Part shown: piece after piece, positions 25,995-29,183 of the stretch
Position numbering within the stretch: position 1 is the stretch's first letter
Layout of the letters: the number at the start of each line of letters is the position of its first letter
IMG/VR virus record: IMGVR_UViG_3300020044_001998
Coordinates: 1 to 29,183 of that record
Length of the DNA: 29,183 nucleotides
Direction: 5' to 3' (one strand)
Origin: a virus
Taxonomy: Duplodnaviria > Caudoviricetes
Notes under the pieces: model-generated
Told to the model about the DNA's origin: nothing
The model's input: only the letters and a program-made list of their open reading frames with translations
Databases searched by the model: none
Program-made: the position numbers and the translations under genes

Positions 25995-26519
25995 TTATGT
26001 ATTGTCTGACCAGCCGTAGGAGTTACCGCCTACTGGGTGAATCACAAACTCAAACTTACCTTCAGCAGTTGGAGACATGTCCCACTTTAGACCGCCAACG
26101 CGACCATTGAATGCATACGCAACTGTGTTTGTGCCGTCATAGACTGCGACAACATAAGTGCGAATGATTGTGCCGTTGTAGCCGTCATCACGAATTAGCA
26201 ACTGCGCTGTGTCTGCGGGATTCCAAGGTGCAGTAATGCTCAATGATGTAACCTGATTTTGTGTGGTGATCTTTGCACCAGTTCTTGCACCAGCAACGTT
26301 GTATGCCGCAAACGCATCGTCAGAACCAAATGGAGGAACTGCTTCAACAGGCACTTGTATGCCGTCAGTACCAGTACCACCAGCGGATGTGCCGATAATG
26401 TCTGCAACTTGTGCTGTCCAAGTTTCTAGTTGTGCATCTGTTAACGCTGTGGGTGATGCGCCAGTTTGCATCCATAGGGTTGCTACGTATCCAGGCAAGA
26501 CTTTATTAATGAGAGCCAT
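25995..26519 (-). CDS. Major tail tube protein
   Basis: Follows the tail terminator gene; strong SD, downstream terminator, beta-rich 174 aa. Confidence 0.8.
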   Translation of the reverse strand: MALINKVLPGYVATLWMQTGASPTALTDAQLETWTAQVADIIGTSAGGTGTDGIQVPVEAVPPFGSDDAFAAYNVAGARTGAKITTQNQVTSLSITAPWNPADTAQLLIRDDGYNGTIIRTYVVAVYDGTNTVAYAFNGRVGGLKWDMSPTAEGKFEFVIHPVGGNSYGWSDNT

Positions 26520-26556
26520 TTTTAATTTCCTTTAAAAGAAGTTGATCATTCTTGTC

Positions 26557-26979
26557 TTATGTTGGTACGTCAATCGTGCAGTCGATTATCACTTGGTTCA
26601 TACCCAGAGTGTCATCATAGGTGTTGTAGAGCCACATGCAATCTACTTTGGCTACAAAAAACCCGCTAGTGGCTGGATTGCCAAACGTGCCTGAGTAACC
26701 ATGCAAGGATTGTAGTATTTCATTTGACAAATTGAAAGCATCATCCATTGTTTTACCAAAGCATGATACTTGGAAGATTGGGCGGTCAATGCCTTTGTTG
26801 CTTTGCGTTTGCCCCGTGTAGACCTCTTGGTGAACGTTGCGCAACTGCCATGTAAGAAACTGCGTTTGCGTTGCCCAATTTCTGTTGAAGTTGGCATATA
26901 CAGGCACAGGGTCAACCACATCCGAGAGTTGCCATTGAATGCACTCTGCGTACAGAATGGGGTTTTGTTGCGTACTCAT
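26557..26979 (-). CDS. Tail terminator/completion protein (DUF3168-like)
   Basis: Position in the cluster; FQVSCFG.T...A..L...I...LHGY. Confidence 0.75.
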   Translation of the reverse strand: MSTQQNPILYAECIQWQLSDVVDPVPVYANFNRNWATQTQFLTWQLRNVHQEVYTGQTQSNKGIDRPIFQVSCFGKTMDDAFNLSNEILQSLHGYSGTFGNPATSGFFVAKVDCMWLYNTYDDTLGMNQVIIDCTIDVPT

Positions 26980-27320
26980 ACAGGCGTATCAGGGTCGTTG
27001 CGATAGCAAAGCAAGTTAACAGTTAGACGATCATTCGATTCGCGTATGTCAGTTATACGCCAATCAAATCCACGCCATGTAATACTATATAAGTTTTGAT
27101 TGTCTACCATTGTTTTGGTATTGGGCGTGTAGTTCAAAGTCAACCCAACAAGATCAGAGTAAACCCTATATTTTTCAGAGATGCGTAGGCTATTGGCAAC
27201 ATCTGCAACAAGTGCGCGAGTATCAAACCACTTTGTAATAGTAGTTGTATATTCGCCAATAGTATTTACGCTATTGGTCACGTTGTTTACAACGATGTTT
27301 TCATAGCGTCTAATGCCCAT
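26976..27320 (-). CDS. Head closure protein (SPP1 gp16-like)
   Basis: N..GE.......WF..RA.V...ITWRG.DWRITDI; position in the cluster. Confidence 0.75.
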   Translation of the reverse strand: MGIRRYENIVVNNVTNSVNTIGEYTTTITKWFDTRALVADVANSLRISEKYRVYSDLVGLTLNYTPNTKTMVDNQNLYSITWRGFDWRITDIRESNDRLTVNLLCYRNDPDTPV

Positions 27321-27321
27321 G

Positions 27322-27990
27322 CTACATCACCAAAGGCTTGTATGGGCGAAGCATAGCGTGTACGCCAAAAGGTATTTCAGACTTCATGCCAACTGTGTCG
27401 CCAACTGTGGAACGCGTGTTGTACAAATGCGTTAACAACATTAATCCCGCTTGTTTTATTACTGGGTAACTTGCAAGTGGATTTGCATTTTGCGTAAAAG
27501 TTACAACGATTGGATTGGCAACTTGTTGGCTTAATTCATTTAATGCAACATTTAAAATAACGCGACTGCCTGTCGGGTCATATGAATAGTCAGCCGAACT
27601 AATTGTGATTGGTACTGTGTTAGAACTGCCGTAGTAACGCACATTGTTAATTGTTACTGCGGGATAACCAACAACGTCAACGCCTGTTTCTGGCAAATCT
27701 AAATACAACGTTGTGTCATACATGCCAAAGTTGGCATAGTAAACATTCCATTGCGTAGAAAAAATTGCCATGCCAAGAATATCTTCAATAGACATTCGCG
27801 TTGCAAGTTCAAGCGAGGACAAATATGTGTCCTGACTTTCATCATCAAACAAATTTAATTGTTGTGTAATTTCTTCAAGCGTCAACCATGGCGTTGCAAC
27901 ATCACGCGAAATTTGTTCAAACCTCGCGTAGTTGTACGGATTCCTACCATTCGAGTAGAACGGGGCAAGGGTTTGATTTTCTACTGGCAT
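27322..27990 (-). CDS. Head-tail adaptor (HK97 gp6-like)
   Basis: LTLEEI..QL.L....QDTYL..L...IKQAGLMLLTHLYNTR...IPFGV.AMLRPYK. Confidence 0.88.
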   Translation of the reverse strand: MPVENQTLAPFYSNGRNPYNYARFEQISRDVATPWLTLEEITQQLNLFDDESQDTYLSSLELATRMSIEDILGMAIFSTQWNVYYANFGMYDTTLYLDLPETGVDVVGYPAVTINNVRYYGSSNTVPITISSADYSYDPTGSRVILNVALNELSQQVANPIVVTFTQNANPLASYPVIKQAGLMLLTHLYNTRSTVGDTVGMKSEIPFGVHAMLRPYKPLVM

Positions 27991-28001
27991 ATTTATTTGC
28001 C

Positions 28002-29024
28002 TTAGTCGATACCACGCACGCCAGCAAACGGGTCGCGTATTGTGCTGACCATTCTTTTTTCACACCACAAAGTAATAAATCCTGGACTTGTCTGATCAAA
28101 TGTTTGAATTGACATTTCTTCCACATCTGCAATTTGCAAGAATCTATTCCAGTTTGCTAAATAAACTGGGTATGCATCAGTTAAATATGGATTGATTACT
28201 ACTGGTGCGCCAAAGATTGAACCTACTGCACCGCCTTCACCTTTTTCACCTAGTTCAAGAAACTTAGGCAACCCTTGTTCGTCTGCCAAGTTACGCAAAC
28301 CTTTGATGTAGGTTGGAGTCATATGCCATGCAGTTGTTGGTTGTCCCCAATACTGCGCTGGCAATGCATCAGCCAAAGCAACAATTTGCGCATATGTTGG
28401 CGCGTTGTAACTTGTACCAACTTGCAAAATAGTGTGAATGCCGTCTGTCATCTGTGTACCAGAATCGCCAAACGATGCTTCTGTATTGTCGCCAAGATAC
28501 ATATCTAAGCCACGCAAGCCAGCAGTTGCTCCAGTTGTGGTAGTGCCAGAACCCGCTTGGTCATTGTTACGCGCCATTGAATAGGCTTCGGCTTGAGAAA
28601 ATTCTAAAGTTAAGTCTTGCATTAATTCTTCTTGCAAGCCATTAATGTCATCAAGTGCGGCAATGCGAATAGGCAACTGCGCTGATAAAACGCGAGTAGG
28701 CAAAACCCATGTGTTTGTTGCCGTAGCGGGAGTACCCGTGTTTGGAGTAAATGTGTAACCCCACGGGTCTGATTGTGTCAAAGCGTTACCAACTTTGGCA
28801 ACAAATTGCACCGAGGACATGTTAGGTGTTTTGATTTGCAATGCACCCATACGGAAAGGGTTTGCAAAACGCAGAGCGGCAAACGCATCGTCAAAATATG
28901 TGCGACCACCAATTCCCGCGCCTGAACCTGTCAGGGTAGATGCTTCACGTAGATCAACTGTGACCTTACGATTTTCTTGTAGCGATTGCTTGATGCCGTC
29001 AATAATTTTTTGCGTTGCACTCAT
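28002..29024 (-). CDS. HK97-fold capsid protein (second paralogue, no long scaffold domain)
   Basis: NPFR...L...FSQAE...AWHM.......LR.L.D..G.P...IFGAPVVINPYL...V.LANW...PGFITLWCEKR.....DPFA. Confidence 0.88.
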   Translation of the reverse strand: MSATQKIIDGIKQSLQENRKVTVDLREASTLTGSGAGIGGRTYFDDAFAALRFANPFRMGALQIKTPNMSSVQFVAKVGNALTQSDPWGYTFTPNTGTPATATNTWVLPTRVLSAQLPIRIAALDDINGLQEELMQDLTLEFSQAEAYSMARNNDQAGSGTTTTGATAGLRGLDMYLGDNTEASFGDSGTQMTDGIHTILQVGTSYNAPTYAQIVALADALPAQYWGQPTTAWHMTPTYIKGLRNLADEQGLPKFLELGEKGEGGAVGSIFGAPVVINPYLTDAYPVYLANWNRFLQIADVEEMSIQTFDQTSPGFITLWCEKRMVSTIRDPFAGVRGID

Positions 29025-29041
29025 TTTGATTCCTTAATAAA

Positions 29042-29076
29042 ACAAAGAAGGGGAGGGTTTTATTCCTCCCCTTTTT
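29042..29076 (-). terminator. Terminator between the two capsid genes
   Basis: AAGGGGAGG/CCTCCCCTT stem followed by CTTTGTTTT. Confidence 0.8.
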
Positions 29077-29077
29077 A

Positions 29078-29182
29078 TTACGCTACATCGTAACCAGTTG
29101 CGGTAGAGCGATAACGAATGATAGAGAAGGGATCAACAACAGAAGTTGCCAAACGCTTTTCGCCATAGAACGTTATAAATCC
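29078..29182 (-). CDS. C-terminal 34 aa of another HK97-fold capsid protein (probable true major capsid)
   Basis: GFITFYGEKRLATSVVDPFSIIRYRSTATGYDVA* aligns with GFITLWCEKRMVSTIRDPFAGVR of the next gene. Confidence 0.8.
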   Translation of the reverse strand, partial: GFITFYGEKRLATSVVDPFSIIRYRSTATGYDVA

Positions 29183-29183
29183 A

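Noticed and set aside
3730-26550. Recurrent ATCAACTT(T/C)TTT..AAGGAAATT upstream of the DUF932 and major tail genes
   Set aside because: Best explained as a U-rich translational enhancer plus SD of highly expressed genes.

Overview
Bases ~592-29183 are a fragment of a lambdoid/HK97-type siphophage genome. A freshwater betaproteobacterial host is a plausible guess only. Left to right on the minus strand: ABC-ATPase/GNAT, ParB-like and Dps-like genes, a DUF932 early module, and SSB, YqaJ exonuclease and DUF1071 recombination genes. A divergent plus-strand replication/nuclease operon follows (DUF1376, Ref-like). The long minus-strand late region holds a lysis cassette, a glycosyltransferase/methyltransferase cluster beside a 751-aa (Gly-X-Ser)n fibre, the tail module with a -1 frameshift chaperone, head-tail connectors, and two tandem HK97-fold capsid genes. 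Four intergenic gaps carry structured RNA candidates: a canonical type I hammerhead ribozyme (3938-3989), a switch-like leader before the replication gene (6903-7003), a pseudoknotted 106-nt RNA before the lysis genes (11436-11541), and a hairpin leader before the fibre operon (16356-16421). The first ~590 bp look foreign and truncate the ABC-GNAT gene, probably at a chimeric junction. No integrase, CI-type repressor, terminase, portal, tRNA or CRISPR was seen. All calls come from reading the sequence and recalling motifs; no database search was run.
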